64,000 nucleotides of DNA from an uncultured Alphaproteobacteria bacterium (GCA_964276015.1 CAXYDO010000009.1:60738-124737); one strand, 5' to 3'. Numbered from the stretch's first letter, positions 1 to 10,624 are shown. The notes: generated from the letters alone by a model not told the origin. Numbers and translations: made by a program.

Positions 1-1196
1 AGCTCCGCGCTGTCCTTGGCGTTGATGGCGCGCACAGCGCGTAGCAGGCAGATCTGATTGGTGCCGTCCGAATGCAGGAAACTGGCGGCATCGCGCATGT
101 ATTTCTCCACCGGGTGTTCGTACATGATGCTGGCGCCGCCGAGGACTTCGGCAGCCAATTTGCACACCTCAAAGGCCACTTCGGACGCGTTCACCTTGGC
201 CAGGAGCCCGTGCACCCGAGCATCGTCGTGGTGGCGGTCCGCAAGCCAGGCCGCTTTCCAGATTTGCAGGCGCGAAGCGTCCAGCAGCATTGCCATGCGG
301 CCCAGCATGAGCGCGACCGCCTGATGTTCGATGATCGGCTGGCCGCCCTGGACCCGGTTCTTGGCGTATTCCAGCGCGTATTCGTAGGCCGCACGTCCGA
401 CGCCGAGCACGGTGGCGGCGGCTTCGGCCTTGCTGCCGGGCAGGTATTTGCTGCGCAGCGCGGTCAACATGCCTTCGCCGACCATAAGGTTTCCTATGGG
501 CACCCGGCAGTCTTCCAGATGAAACGTGCCGTTGGTGGCCAGGCGCTGGCTGCTCTTCTCGTGGAAGAAGCCGACCCGGAACCCGGGTGTGTCATGGGGT
601 ATGACAAATACCGCGCCGCCTTCAGACAGGCTTTTGCTCATGTCGGTCCGGGCGACGATAAAATAGAGCTTCGCCATCGAGCCGTTGGATATGTAGCGCT
701 TGGTGCCGTTGAGCACATATTCGTCCCCATCGCGGACAGCGGACATGTGCAAAGCGATGTCCGGTTTGTCGTGGTAGCCCTGATGATCAGACCCGACGCC
801 TTCTTCGGTGATGCCAATCGCGGTGGTGGCTTCCGGGTCCGCCACGAAAGGCGGGATGAAACGTTGCTGCTGTTCGGGGGTCATGGCGTCCTTGAACAGA
901 TGCGCTGTCTTCCAGCACTGGTCCATGATCACCGCAAAACCCAGATCGCCGACACCAAGCTCCTCGCCGACGACCGACATGGTAATGATGTCAGCCCCCG
1001 CGCCGCCGAATTCCTCCGATATGCCCAACGTGCGCAGTCCGAGCGCGTCGGCGGCCCGGATCCAGTCCCACGGAATGCGTTCTTCTGCAGTGGGGAGGCG
1101 GTCGCGCCGCAAGACGTCGGGGCGGATGACCTGTTCGACAAAGTCGCGCGCAATGTCGCGCCAGCGCAGCTGACCCTCGGTGAGATGGAAATCCAT
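1..1196 (-). CDS. Acyl-CoA dehydrogenase family protein (C-terminal end runs off window start)
   Basis: Own minus-strand translation from ATG at 1196 (GGAGG a few nt upstream): MDFHLTEGQLRWRDIARDFVEQVIRPDVL...GISEEFGGAGADIITMSVVGEELG...NGTKRYISNGSMAKLYFIVART...EHQAVALMLGRM. The frame is open to position 1. It is absent from the ORF track because it is edge-truncated. The 380-aa plus-strand ORF 72..1214 is its antisense shadow. Confidence 0.8.
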   Translation of the reverse strand, partial: MDFHLTEGQLRWRDIARDFVEQVIRPDVLRRDRLPTAEERIPWDWIRAADALGLRTLGISEEFGGAGADIITMSVVGEELGVGDLGFAVIMDQCWKTAHLFKDAMTPEQQQRFIPPFVADPEATTAIGITEEGVGSDHQGYHDKPDIALHMSAVRDGDEYVLNGTKRYISNGSMAKLYFIVARTDMSKSLSEGGAVFVIPHDTPGFRVGFFHEKSSQRLATNGTFHLEDCRVPIGNLMVGEGMLTALRSKYLPGSKAEAAATVLGVGRAAYEYALEYAKNRVQGGQPIIEHQAVALMLGRMAMLLDASRLQIWKAAWLADRHHDDARVHGLLAKVNASEVAFEVCKLAAEVLGGASIMYEHPVEKYMRDAASFLHSDGTNQICLLRAVRAINAKDSAE

Positions 1197-1377
1197 GGCA
1201 TGCCTCCTTGTTAATGTCCGCCGTCTATGTGTGCCTACAACGCAGGGCGGTTACGTTCATTGTTGATCTCGACGGGCTTCAAGGCAAACCAGGTTTGGGA
1301 TAATTCATCCACATAGGAATCGACAGATGCTTCAGATCGCGCGACGTTTGAGGAAATACGATACGAGGAAAATTTTT

Positions 1378-2421
1378 ATGGCTGAGTTCAAACAGATCAA
1401 TGTCGCGGTGATCGGCGCCGGCTGGGTCGGGGGCATTCGCGCGAATGCCTGTGCCCACCATGCGATCGTCGATGAACTGCACATCGCCGAGATCGACCCG
1501 AAGCGTCAGACCGAGATCATCGCGGAAACCGAACCGACCTCGGTGACCGATGATTGGCGAACCCTGGTCGATAACGACACGATCGATGCGGTGATCATCG
1601 CCATGACCCCAGAAACTGCGCGGTTTCCGGTCGTGATGGCGGCGCTGGAGGCGGGCAAGCATGTGTTCGTCGAGAAACCCATTGCCCCCAGTATCCCCGA
1701 AGCCGAACAGGCTTATGCGCTGGCCGAAAAGAATAATTTGAAACTATCTATCGGTTACTCGCGGCGGTTCGATCCGCGTTACGTTTATGTCCGCAAGGCG
1801 CTCCAGGATGGGACTATCGGGGATCCGGTAACGGTGCTGATTTCGCGGCACTCCACCCGGGAGTTGGGGGAGAAAATCACCGGGCGCTCGAAAATGTCGC
1901 CGACGTCAATCGGAGGCGTGCACGATCTGGATTTCGTGCTCTGGTGCCTGCAGCCCCGCAAGCCGGTGCGGGTGTATTCCCAGACCGCGGGCAAGCTCTT
2001 CAGTCAGAAGAGCGACACCCCGGATCACCAATGGGTCATGGTGACCATGGATGACGGTACCACCGTGACGATCGGAATTGGCTGGATCCTGCCCATCGGG
2101 TATCCCAATTTCGTCCAGGCCTGGATCGAAGTGATAGGCACAGAGGGCGCGCTGACCATCGATGACACCCATAAAGAGGTGCAATACAACACCGTCAAGG
2201 ATGGCATTCGTTACCCCATGTCATCGATGCCCGGTGAGCCGGTTGATCATGTCTTTGCCGGTTCGATGTATGATGAGACCCGGCATTTCCTCGAAGCGAT
2301 TGTCCATGACCGCCCTGCGATGGTGACCGCTGCTGAAGCCAAGCTGGTGATGGAAGTCTACAGCGCCGCGGACTTGTCCGTGGAGCGCAATGAGCCGGTG
2401 TTGCTGCCCCGCAGCACATAG
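1378..2421 (+). CDS. Gfo/Idh/MocA family NAD(P)-dependent oxidoreductase
   Basis: ORF 1327..2421; likely start is ATG 1378 (MAEFKQINVAVIGAGWVGGIRA, Rossmann GxGxxG). EKP motif present (HVFVEKPIA). Confidence 0.85.
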   Translation: MAEFKQINVAVIGAGWVGGIRANACAHHAIVDELHIAEIDPKRQTEIIAETEPTSVTDDWRTLVDNDTIDAVIIAMTPETARFPVVMAALEAGKHVFVEKPIAPSIPEAEQAYALAEKNNLKLSIGYSRRFDPRYVYVRKALQDGTIGDPVTVLISRHSTRELGEKITGRSKMSPTSIGGVHDLDFVLWCLQPRKPVRVYSQTAGKLFSQKSDTPDHQWVMVTMDDGTTVTIGIGWILPIGYPNFVQAWIEVIGTEGALTIDDTHKEVQYNTVKDGIRYPMSSMPGEPVDHVFAGSMYDETRHFLEAIVHDRPAMVTAAEAKLVMEVYSAADLSVERNEPVLLPRST

Positions 2422-2446
2422 GTCGGCACCACCGCAGGCAAAGAAA

Positions 2447-2482
2447 AGCGGCAGCGCGAAGGGGCGCTGCCGCTTTCATTTT
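2447..2482. terminator. Bidirectional rho-independent terminator between convergent genes
   Basis: AGCGGCAGCGC-gaaggg-GCGCTGCCGCT, an 11-bp perfect stem. It is flanked by an A-run on the left and TTCATTTT on the right, so a U-tract is available on both strands. Confidence 0.6.
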
Positions 2483-2524
2483 GTACCGGGGCCAAAACCG
2501 CCCCTCCAGGCATTGAAACGCCGG

Positions 2525-3709
2525 CTATTCCTTGTCCCAGTTGCGGGTCACCGGTTGGTTGTCTGCCCGCATGAAGTCCATATATGCGGTCAGGACCGCG
2601 GTTGCCGGATAGCCATTGGCGTTCTGTGATTTGGCCCAGTCGAGAGCGAGCGGTGCCATGCCCTTGGCCCATTTGGCCCGTTCTTCGGGTGCCATATCCG
2701 TGGCCACGGTCTTTAAGTCGGTCTTGCACCGGTTCAAGCCGATCGCAGCGCCGTCAAGCACCAGCTTGATTTGTACGTCGCTCCACTTCTTGGACGCCGT
2801 CGTCATGGCGGTTTTGACTTCTCCGGGCAAACCGTCCCAGAAATCCGAGTTCACGGTCAGCGGTATCACCGATGCTGCCCCCAGTCCGGCGTCGAGCATA
2901 TGAGGTGCGGGCTCACAAAGCTTGAACGCACCCATGGCCTGTCACCACACGATCATCGCGTCATAGATGCCCGTGCTGAGAGAGTTGTAGGCATCCGCGA
3001 GGTTGGTCGAGACGCCAGCAGCACCGGTCGGAACAACCCAGGGTAGGTTCGGGCCGGCGGCGCCGACTTTCTTGCCCTTCAGATCTGCGAGTGTTCGCAG
3101 GGGTGTCGAAGACAACAGAGTGTAGTTGTCGACAGTGTCGGTGACGCCGATCTAGACTTGGTTGAACTTTTTCATATCCGCGGCAAAGGCGGGGGATTTC
3201 GCCTGCAACATCTCATAGACCTCGGTCACCGCGCCGGGATCGCCGTCATTGGTGAAAGGGGTGACATAGAGGATGTTGTAGAGCGGAATTTTATTGGCGT
3301 GGAACGGGGCCGGGATCAATCCGATCTCACCCAGTCCGGACTCGACCGCCTCGAATTCACCGCGGGGTTTGGCGATCTGGCCGCTATGGGCAAGGTTCCA
3401 GGCGATTTTGTACTTCCCACCCTTGGCCAAATCAGCATCGACACTGGTGACAAAGGCCTTCGTGAAGGCCCCGACCCAGGTCGCAGGCGGCGGATACCCG
3501 GAGATGGCCGCGATCTTGATCGTCTCCTGGGCACGCAGGGGTTGGATCGATGTGACGACGACGAACGCTGCTGCGGCAGCGATCTGGAGTGTCGTTTCGG
3601 CGCCTGAGATATGGTTCCAGGCAGCGGCAATAACGTCGTCTTGGTTGCGACGTTGGTAAGCTATGCCGATGATCAGATCACGGAACGGGTCGGGTCGCGA
3701 ATCATTCAA
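2525..3709 (-). pseudogene. TRAP-type periplasmic solute-binding protein (DctP-like), broken by two in-frame stops
   Basis: ORFs 3152..3709 and 2525..2935 are in the same frame (the gap 2936..3151 is 216 nt). The gap translates cleanly: IGVTDTVDNYTLLSSTPLRTLADLKGKKVGAAGPNLPWVVPTGAAGVSTNLADAYNSLSTGIYDAMIVW. In-frame TAG at 3152..3154 and TGA at 2942..2944. No dctQ/dctM genes are adjacent. Confidence 0.7.
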
Positions 3710-3911
3710 TGGGTTGGCTGTCCGGACAAATCAGTACACCGGCAGGACATAAGAGAATTGAGGAGAGGCCATATTCGACCTGCCATCGTCTTTGTGAGGA
3801 CAGATATTGAAATCGTTCTACCGCCAGCCTCGGCCCCGTAGAAACCGTCACTAATCGTCCCCATATAGAGGGCGCGTTCAACACTTACACTTCGCGTGAC
3901 AGGACAGACCC

Positions 3912-5996
3912 ATGGCATCGACAACCGCAGCCTCTTCGAATTTCAACCCGGCTATTGCCGCCTGGAACGGAACGTTGGGCCTGCCGGAGTTCGGACGTAT
4001 TGCGGATGGTGATTTCGCTGCTGCGTTTGACGTCGCGTTGCCAGCCCATCTGGCAGAAATCGAGGCGATCGCGACCAATTCCGACGCGCCGACCTTCGAG
4101 AACACAATTATTCCTCTCGAGCTTGTGGGCGATCTCCTGGATCGGGCATCGGGTATTTTCTGGAATCTTTCCGGGGCCAATACCAACGACGTGTTGCAGG
4201 AACTCGAACGGAAATTATCCCCGGAGATGTCGCGCCACTATTCGGCTGTGATGATGAACGCGGCGCTGTTTGCCCGGGTCGATGCACTTTATCAGGACCG
4301 CGCCAATCTTGGCCTCGATGGCGAAGCCGCGCGGGTGCTGGAGCTGAGCTGGAAGTCCTTCGTGCGATCAGGGGCGAAGCTCGATGCGGCGGATCAGGCG
4401 CGGCTGGCCGCGATCAATGAAAGACTGGCCAGTCTGGGGACGACGTTCTCCCAGAATGTGCTGGCCGATGAGAGCGAGTATGCGCTGGTTCTGGAGCGCG
4501 AAGAGGATTTGGCGGGTCTGCCCGATTTTCTGATCTCGAGCATGGCGGCTGCCGCCGAGGAACGTGGCCATGGGGGCAAACATGCGGTCACCCTGTCGCG
4601 TTCGATCATCGAGCCGTTCCTGACCTTTTCGACAAGGCGCGATCTGCGGGAGCAGGCCTTTACGGCCTGGGCTGCGCGCGGCGAGGGTGAGGGGGAACGA
4701 GACAATCGCCCGCTCGTGGCAGAAATGGTGAAGCTTCGTGCAGAGAAGGCGGCTTTGCTGGGCTATGAAAGCTTTGCTCATTTCAAACTCGACAACACCA
4801 TGGCCAAAACCCCGGAAAATGTCCGTTCCCTGCTGGAAACCATGTGGGAGAAAGCAAGAATTCGGGCGGGCGAAGAGGCCGAAGACCTGGCGGAACTGAT
4901 CGCCGCAGAGGGCCAGAATCATGACGTCGCACCGTGGGATTGGCGGCACTATTCGGAGAAAGTGCGAGCCGCACGGTTCGATTTCGACGAAGCCGAGGTT
5001 AAGCCGTATTTGCAACTTGAGCAGATGATTGATGCTGCCTTTAATACAGCGGAACGCCTGTTCGGGATCACCATCCGCAAGCTGGAGAATGTCGCCACTT
5101 ACCATCCCGACGTTCGGGTGTTCGAGGTGCTCGATGCGGAAGGCGAGCATGTCGCCGTTTTCCTCGGTGACTATTTCGCGCGCGCGCCCAAACGGTCAGG
5201 GGCCTGGATGAGTTCGTTTCAGGACCAGCATCGGTTAGAGATGACTTCCGGGAATACCGGTCAGACACCCATCGTTGTGAATGTCATGAATTTCGCCAAG
5301 GCAGCGCCCGGTCAGCCGGTGCTGATCACCATGGACGATGCTCGGACGCTGTTTCACGAGTTCGGCCATGCCCTGCACGGCATGTTGTCGGACATCACCT
5401 ATCCTTCGATTTCGGGCACGTCGGTCAGTCGGGATTTTGTCGAACTGCCCTCACAATTGTTCGAACACTGGCTGACTGTGCCCGAGGTACTACGCCGTTT
5501 CGCGGTACATCATGAAACCGGCGAGCCGATCCCCGACGCGCTGTTGGAAAAAATGCGTGCCGCCCAGAGATTCAACAAGGGCTTTGCCAATGTCGAGTTC
5601 ACCTCTTCGGCGTTGGTCGATATGGCCTTCCACGCGCTCGACGCGAAGGCGGCTGCAAATATTGATCCGGCGGCCTTCCAGGCCGAGGTCCTCGAGCGCA
5701 TCAACATGCCCGCCGAGATCGTGATGCGCCACGCCACGCCGCATTTCCAGCATGTGTTCTCCGGCGATGGTTATTCGGCCGGCTACTATTCCTACATGTG
5801 GTCCGGGGTGCTTGATTCTGATGCATTTGGGGCGTTCACCGAAGCAGGTGATCCATTCGATCCCGCGACCGCCGAGAAGCTCTACCGCCATATCTATTCG
5901 TCGGGCGGCTCAATGGACCCGGAAGACGCCTACCTCGCGTATCGGGGCAAGCTGCCGACTCCGGATGCTCTGATGGAAAAGGAAGGCCTGGCCTAG
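3912..5996 (+). CDS. dcp: M3 family peptidyl-dipeptidase (Dcp / oligopeptidase A-like zinc metallopeptidase)
   Basis: 694 aa; HEFGHALH zinc motif; overall M3 architecture. Confidence 0.85.
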   Translation: MASTTAASSNFNPAIAAWNGTLGLPEFGRIADGDFAAAFDVALPAHLAEIEAIATNSDAPTFENTIIPLELVGDLLDRASGIFWNLSGANTNDVLQELERKLSPEMSRHYSAVMMNAALFARVDALYQDRANLGLDGEAARVLELSWKSFVRSGAKLDAADQARLAAINERLASLGTTFSQNVLADESEYALVLEREEDLAGLPDFLISSMAAAAEERGHGGKHAVTLSRSIIEPFLTFSTRRDLREQAFTAWAARGEGEGERDNRPLVAEMVKLRAEKAALLGYESFAHFKLDNTMAKTPENVRSLLETMWEKARIRAGEEAEDLAELIAAEGQNHDVAPWDWRHYSEKVRAARFDFDEAEVKPYLQLEQMIDAAFNTAERLFGITIRKLENVATYHPDVRVFEVLDAEGEHVAVFLGDYFARAPKRSGAWMSSFQDQHRLEMTSGNTGQTPIVVNVMNFAKAAPGQPVLITMDDARTLFHEFGHALHGMLSDITYPSISGTSVSRDFVELPSQLFEHWLTVPEVLRRFAVHHETGEPIPDALLEKMRAAQRFNKGFANVEFTSSALVDMAFHALDAKAAANIDPAAFQAEVLERINMPAEIVMRHATPHFQHVFSGDGYSAGYYSYMWSGVLDSDAFGAFTEAGDPFDPATAEKLYRHIYSSGGSMDPEDAYLAYRGKLPTPDALMEKEGLA

Positions 5997-6071
5997 CCGG
6001 AGAATTGACTCCGGGCCCGTTGCGCGGCACGAACATACCCAACGAAATGATAAAATCACGGGGGGGTATGG

Positions 6072-6947
6072 ATGGTGGGTGACGAGCTTGGAATGATTGG
6101 GCTGGGAAAGATGGGCTTGAGCCTGTCGCAACAGATGGTCGCTGATGGCCACACCGTCTGTGGCTACGATATTGACCCCGCGCGGATGCAGATGCTGGCA
6201 GATGCAGGTGGCACGCCTGTGGCAAACGCCCGGGAAGTCGCTGAAAACAGCGACATCACCTTCTCGATCCTACTCAAGCCCGAACATATCGAAGAAAACC
6301 TGTTCGGGCCGAACGGCATCGACAAGGCCGGAAAGACCGGATTGATCCATGTCGAGATGAGCACCATGCCGCCGGCCTACAGCAAGGAGCTGGCGGTGAA
6401 ATTGGCCGGATCGGGCATTGATATGCTCGACGCGCCGATTTCCGGATCCACACCCCAGGTCGACGCACGCACCATCACCTTCATGGTGGGCGGTAGCGAC
6501 ATGGCCTACGCCCGGGTGCAGCCGATCATCACGCCCCTGTCTGCCGATGCGACCCATACCGGGCCGTCAGGCAGTGGTGGGGTGATGAAGGTCGTCACCA
6601 ATATGTATGTGAATGCCAGCACGGCCCTGATTGCCGAAATGCTCCTCACAGGTGAGAAAGCGGGACTGTCCCAGGAGGTCATGCGTCATTGTTTACCGAA
6701 AGGTTCCGTGCGCGGCGCGATGCTCGATATGAGCCTGGACCCGGTGTTTAAACGGGATTTCACGGCGCGCGGTGCGGTCGAAATCTTCGTCAAGGATATG
6801 GGGATTGCCATCGATCTGGCGAAGGATAACGGCATCGAGTTGCAAGTTGTTCCTGCCGCGCGGGCCATGTTCCAGAAAGCCGAAGCCGCGGGCTGGGGCA
6901 AGGACGACGCGACCCGGGTGCTCGAAGTCTATGAGGGGAAGGCCTGA
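6072..6947 (+). CDS. NAD(P)-dependent 3-hydroxyisobutyrate/6-phosphogluconate dehydrogenase-like oxidoreductase
   Basis: N-terminal MIGLGKMGLSLSQQM Rossmann motif; 291 aa. The start may instead be the internal Met at 6093. Confidence 0.8.
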   Translation: MVGDELGMIGLGKMGLSLSQQMVADGHTVCGYDIDPARMQMLADAGGTPVANAREVAENSDITFSILLKPEHIEENLFGPNGIDKAGKTGLIHVEMSTMPPAYSKELAVKLAGSGIDMLDAPISGSTPQVDARTITFMVGGSDMAYARVQPIITPLSADATHTGPSGSGGVMKVVTNMYVNASTALIAEMLLTGEKAGLSQEVMRHCLPKGSVRGAMLDMSLDPVFKRDFTARGAVEIFVKDMGIAIDLAKDNGIELQVVPAARAMFQKAEAAGWGKDDATRVLEVYEGKA

Positions 6948-6954
6948 GGCAGAC

Positions 6955-7992
6955 ATGACAAATTATACGATCTGCGTTTTGCCGGGAGATGGCATCGGGC
7001 CCGAAGTGATCAATTGCGCCCGCCGAGTTCTCGATACGCTGACAGTGCGGGGTAGACCGGGCTTCACTTATGATGTGCATAAGGCTGGCTATGACCTGTT
7101 TCTGGAAACCGGTCATTCCATGCCCGACAACGTTCTGGTGGCCGCGAAGGCCGCGGACGCGGTACTGCTCGGCGCGATGAATGTGGCGCAGATCCCACCC
7201 CAGGGCGGTGATCCTCTTGGGGGCCTTCGGATCGGGCTTGAAGTCAGCGCCAGCGTCCGCCCGTCCCGCACCATTCCCGGCATTCCGTCCCCGGCGGCCG
7301 ATATTGACTGCGTGGTCGTACGTGAGGTGACCGAGGGGCTTTATTCCCGCGACGAATATATGGGGGACGATGATTCCGCCTATGCAGTCCGCATCATCAC
7401 AAGGGACGCTTCGACCAAGACCGCGCGGATGGCCTTTGCTCAGGCCATTGCCCGCCAGCAGGCATCGGGAAAACCGGCGCGGGTCACCGCCGTGCACAAG
7501 GTCGGGGTCCTCAAGCTGAGTGACGGGCTATTCCTGGAAGCATGCGCGGCTGTGGCAGAAGAATTCCCGGACATCGAGTATGAGACCCGTAATATCGACG
7601 CCTGCGCCATGGAAATGGTGCGCGAACCGGGCGAATTTGATGTGATCCTGGCGACCAATGCCTTTGGCGATATCCTTTCCGATGTTGCCGCAGGGCTGGC
7701 CGCGGGGCTGGGCCTGGCCGCATCGGCCTGTATTGGTGATCGCTGGGCTTATTTCGAGCCGGTGCACGGCACAGCGCCTGATATTGCCGGGAAAGGCATC
7801 GCCAACCCGTGCGCCACGATCCTGAGCGTGGCGATGATGCTGCGCTATCTGGGCGAAGATTTGGGCGCGGATGCGGTCGAACATGCTGTGAATGCGGTTC
7901 TCGCCGATGGCGCCGTGCGGACCGGTGATCTGGGCGGGTCGGCAACAAGCGCCGAAATGACCGATGCGATCCTTAGCCAATTGAACCCGTAG
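6955..7992 (+). CDS. Isocitrate/isopropylmalate dehydrogenase family protein (tartrate/3-IPM dehydrogenase-like)
   Basis: ATG 6955 gives MTNYTICVLPGDGIGPEVI...; NAFGDILSD motif. The ORF-track 5' extension overlaps the upstream gene. Confidence 0.85.
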   Translation: MTNYTICVLPGDGIGPEVINCARRVLDTLTVRGRPGFTYDVHKAGYDLFLETGHSMPDNVLVAAKAADAVLLGAMNVAQIPPQGGDPLGGLRIGLEVSASVRPSRTIPGIPSPAADIDCVVVREVTEGLYSRDEYMGDDDSAYAVRIITRDASTKTARMAFAQAIARQQASGKPARVTAVHKVGVLKLSDGLFLEACAAVAEEFPDIEYETRNIDACAMEMVREPGEFDVILATNAFGDILSDVAAGLAAGLGLAASACIGDRWAYFEPVHGTAPDIAGKGIANPCATILSVAMMLRYLGEDLGADAVEHAVNAVLADGAVRTGDLGGSATSAEMTDAILSQLNP

Positions 7993-8024
7993 CAGTAACC
8001 TTTCGATCAACGGAGAATATTGTC

Positions 8025-8876
8025 GTGGCCATCATCACGGAAGACATCGAGATATTTCACCACGGCGACAAGCCGATGATTATTCGTTTGATCCACCCAG
8101 AAGGAGGCGCGCCTTGTCCGGCGATTGTGGATTTGCATGGCGGCGGCTGGGGCAAAGGACACCCGAGCGAATGCACGACGCGGGGTGAAGTGTTCGCCGA
8201 GAACGGGATGGCGTCAGCGGCGCTGGATTTCCGTCAGGCCGCCGACCGGTATCCATCATCCCTGGAAGATATCAACTATGCGATCCGCTGGCTGAAAGTG
8301 AACGCCGCGGAGCTCAACATTGACCCGGCGCGTATCGGTTTGCTCGGCCAGTCGAGCGGCGGCCATCTGGCGATGCTGTCTGCGATGCGCCCGAACGATC
8401 CGCGCTACGCGGCATTGGAGCTGCCAGGGGACGCCCCTGACGTGGATGCGTCCGTGTGCTGTGTGGGCATGATGTGGCCCGTGATCAATCCCCTGTCGCG
8501 CTACCGCCGTGTGGTCGGCTTGCTCGCGGCAGGTGATCCGCCCGCCTGGGTAGGTGATCTGGAGCAGCGTCACGACACCTATTGGGTGACCGAGGACAAT
8601 ATGGAAGAGGGAAACCCGATGCTGGCTTTGGAGCGCGGCGAGGATCTGGTGATCCTGCCGTCGATCTGGATGCAGGGGCAGGTGGATCCGGTGCATGACT
8701 ATCGGGATCCGGGGTCACCCCTCGATCTCAACGAGCCCGAGCGCTTCGTTGAGAATTACCGTAAGTGGGGTGGGGCGATGAGCATCTATCATGTGGAACA
8801 GGCGAACCGATCCGACCCGGCGTTGCTGGGCCCGATGGTCGAGTTTTTCAGAACCAACCTCGTCGTACCAAAGTAG
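8025..8876 (+). CDS. Alpha/beta hydrolase (esterase/lipase fold-3 like)
   Basis: HGGGW oxyanion motif and GQSSGGHLA nucleophile elbow. Confidence 0.75.
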   Translation: MAIITEDIEIFHHGDKPMIIRLIHPEGGAPCPAIVDLHGGGWGKGHPSECTTRGEVFAENGMASAALDFRQAADRYPSSLEDINYAIRWLKVNAAELNIDPARIGLLGQSSGGHLAMLSAMRPNDPRYAALELPGDAPDVDASVCCVGMMWPVINPLSRYRRVVGLLAAGDPPAWVGDLEQRHDTYWVTEDNMEEGNPMLALERGEDLVILPSIWMQGQVDPVHDYRDPGSPLDLNEPERFVENYRKWGGAMSIYHVEQANRSDPALLGPMVEFFRTNLVVPK

Positions 8877-9170
8877 CTATTCGATCCCTTCGACGAACCG
8901 AAGATCGCGGATCACACCGCCATCGAGTGCGACCAGGGCGGCCTGATAATCCGGGCCGTCATGAGTGGCGATAGCAGCTTCGAGAGAATCGAACAGAATG
9001 ATGGTCGTCCGTTCCAGGACGCCGGCTTCGTAGACTTTCGCGGCGGCCCCCCGGGTCAGGAATGTGCCGCCACCCTTGGCGATCGCCGGTCCGGCGAGTT
9101 CGATATAGGCGGCAAATTTGTCGGCGTCGTCGATCGCGCGGTAGGCGGCGACCCAATATGCTTTTGCCAT
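8877..9170 (-). CDS. DUF1330 domain protein
   Basis: 97 aa, MAKAYWVAAYRAIDDADKFAAYIELAGPAI..., a typical DUF1330 N-terminus (from memory). Confidence 0.65.
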   Translation of the reverse strand: MAKAYWVAAYRAIDDADKFAAYIELAGPAIAKGGGTFLTRGAAAKVYEAGVLERTTIILFDSLEAAIATHDGPDYQAALVALDGGVIRDLRFVEGIE

Positions 9171-9210
9171 GATGTTCTCCTGAAAAAACTGTGAAAACAG
9201 CTATTTGTAC

Positions 9211-10020
9211 CTAGATAGAGGCTTCGGCCTTGTCGAGGAACGCCTGTACGGTCGTGTTCCATTTCTCGGGATGGCGTCGATAAGAATAGTGCCCGCCATC
9301 ATCGAAGAACTGCACTTGCGACCCCGGGATAGCCGCGTGCAGGTCCTTCGCGAAATAGTAGGGGATTGTCGCGTCATCCATGGTGCCGATGATCAGGGCA
9401 GGCTTGTCGATGCCGAAGATTTCGCTGGTCCGATCATGGGCGAGCATCATGTCGAGGCGCGCAGCGAGTATTTCGACAGAGCCAATCGTCTCAAGCGCCC
9501 GGCGCTCCAGTTCCATGACGGCGTCGAAATTGTTGCGAAACTGATCGGCGCCCGAAGTGAACATGCTCGAGACCTTCACATACTCTTCCGGGCCGTAGGA
9601 TTCCGCGATCCGTTTGCGGGTGAGCGCGACCCGGGTGATGAACTCGTCGGCCGTGACCCAGGTGTTATTGAAGATGCAGGCGCGAACCCGGTCCGGGTGG
9701 TCGAGGGCCAGGTTCTGCAGGATGCATCCGCCCGTCGATGTGCCCACGATATGGGCTTTCTCGATGCCAAGCGTGTCCATCAGCGCGATGACGTCGTCGG
9801 CGATAGCCTGGGTCGAATAGGCCCCGGGACCGCTGGGTTTGTCGCTTTCCCCGGTGCCGCGGTGGTCGAAGGTGACAGCGCGATAACGCTGAGCGAAGTG
9901 GTCCAGCTGGAACGACCAGGCGTCATAAAGACCGACAAGGCCGGGGATGAAGATGAAGGCTTCCCCCGTTCCCGCGTCAGCGATGTTCAGGGTGATGTGT
10001 CCAATATCGATACGGGCCAT
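9211..10020 (-). CDS. Alpha/beta hydrolase
   Basis: ATG 10020 gives MARIDIGHITLNIADAGTGEAFIFIPG...FDHRGTGESD...HIVGTSTGG (GxSxG). It starts 5 nt after the stop of the upstream gene. Confidence 0.8.
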   Translation of the reverse strand: MARIDIGHITLNIADAGTGEAFIFIPGLVGLYDAWSFQLDHFAQRYRAVTFDHRGTGESDKPSGPGAYSTQAIADDVIALMDTLGIEKAHIVGTSTGGCILQNLALDHPDRVRACIFNNTWVTADEFITRVALTRKRIAESYGPEEYVKVSSMFTSGADQFRNNFDAVMELERRALETIGSVEILAARLDMMLAHDRTSEIFGIDKPALIIGTMDDATIPYYFAKDLHAAIPGSQVQFFDDGGHYSYRRHPEKWNTTVQAFLDKAEASI

Positions 10021-10024
10021 GGGG

Positions 10025-10624
10025 CTAGTCCTTGTCGAAAGAGATGGTGCTGGCGATTTCGAGCATCGGTTCCTCGAGGGGTATGCGGAGACCGTCATTG
10101 AGGCTGTTCAGCAGGCCCATCGTTGCGGCCACGATGGTGACCTCAACGCGTTCCTGATCGGTTGTATGGGCGACAAACATGTCGGCCACATGTGGCGGAA
10201 TTGTACCGGCATCGATCGTCAACGCCTCCGCATAGGCCAGGATTGCGCGTTCCTTTTTGCTGAAGGAAACGTGAGAGAGATAATCGTGCATGTTGTTGAT
10301 TTTCTCTTCTGCGACACCCTGGCTCATCATGACACGAACCTGATGGGCTGAGCAGTAGAGGCACGCATTGATGTTGGAAACCTTGTGGCGGATCAACGCC
10401 TTCAGGGGCTTGGGCAGCCCGCCCTGATCCCAGACATCATCGAGAAACTGGCGCATTGTGGCGCCCAGCTCGGGGGAGTTGGCCATCGCGCGCACATTGT
10501 TTGCGGTCATGCCGACCCGCTTGGCGACCCGTGTTGCGGATTTTTGAAAAGCCGGTGAGAAATCCTCATCGCCCACCAGTGGTACCAGGCAACCATGTCC
10601 GGTTGCGGGCTGAATATTGTCCAT
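10025..10624 (-). CDS. Carboxymuconolactone decarboxylase / AhpD-like family protein
   Basis: ATG 10624 preceded by GGAGG; CLYCSAH CxxC-type motif; about 199 aa. Confidence 0.7.
   Translation of the reverse strand: MDNIQPATGHGCLVPLVGDEDFSPAFQKSATRVAKRVGMTANNVRAMANSPELGATMRQFLDDVWDQGGLPKPLKALIRHKVSNINACLYCSAHQVRVMMSQGVAEEKINNMHDYLSHVSFSKKERAILAYAEALTIDAGTIPPHVADMFVAHTTDQERVEVTIVAATMGLLNSLNDGLRIPLEEPMLEIASTISFDKD

Noticed and set aside
72-1214. Long ORFs antisense to confidently identified genes, for example 72..1214(+), 4368..5150(-), 6790..7497(-), 9205..10101(+), 19853..20626(-), 21104..21979(-), 47977..48846(-), 54854..55537(+), 55392..56603(+), 56428..58056(+), 58111..58938(+), 59580..60251(+) and 60472..61545(+).
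   Set aside because: These are shadow ORFs typical of GC-rich DNA. Their translations are Arg/Ala/Gly/Pro-rich nonsense with no motifs, while the opposite strand encodes unmistakable conserved proteins.
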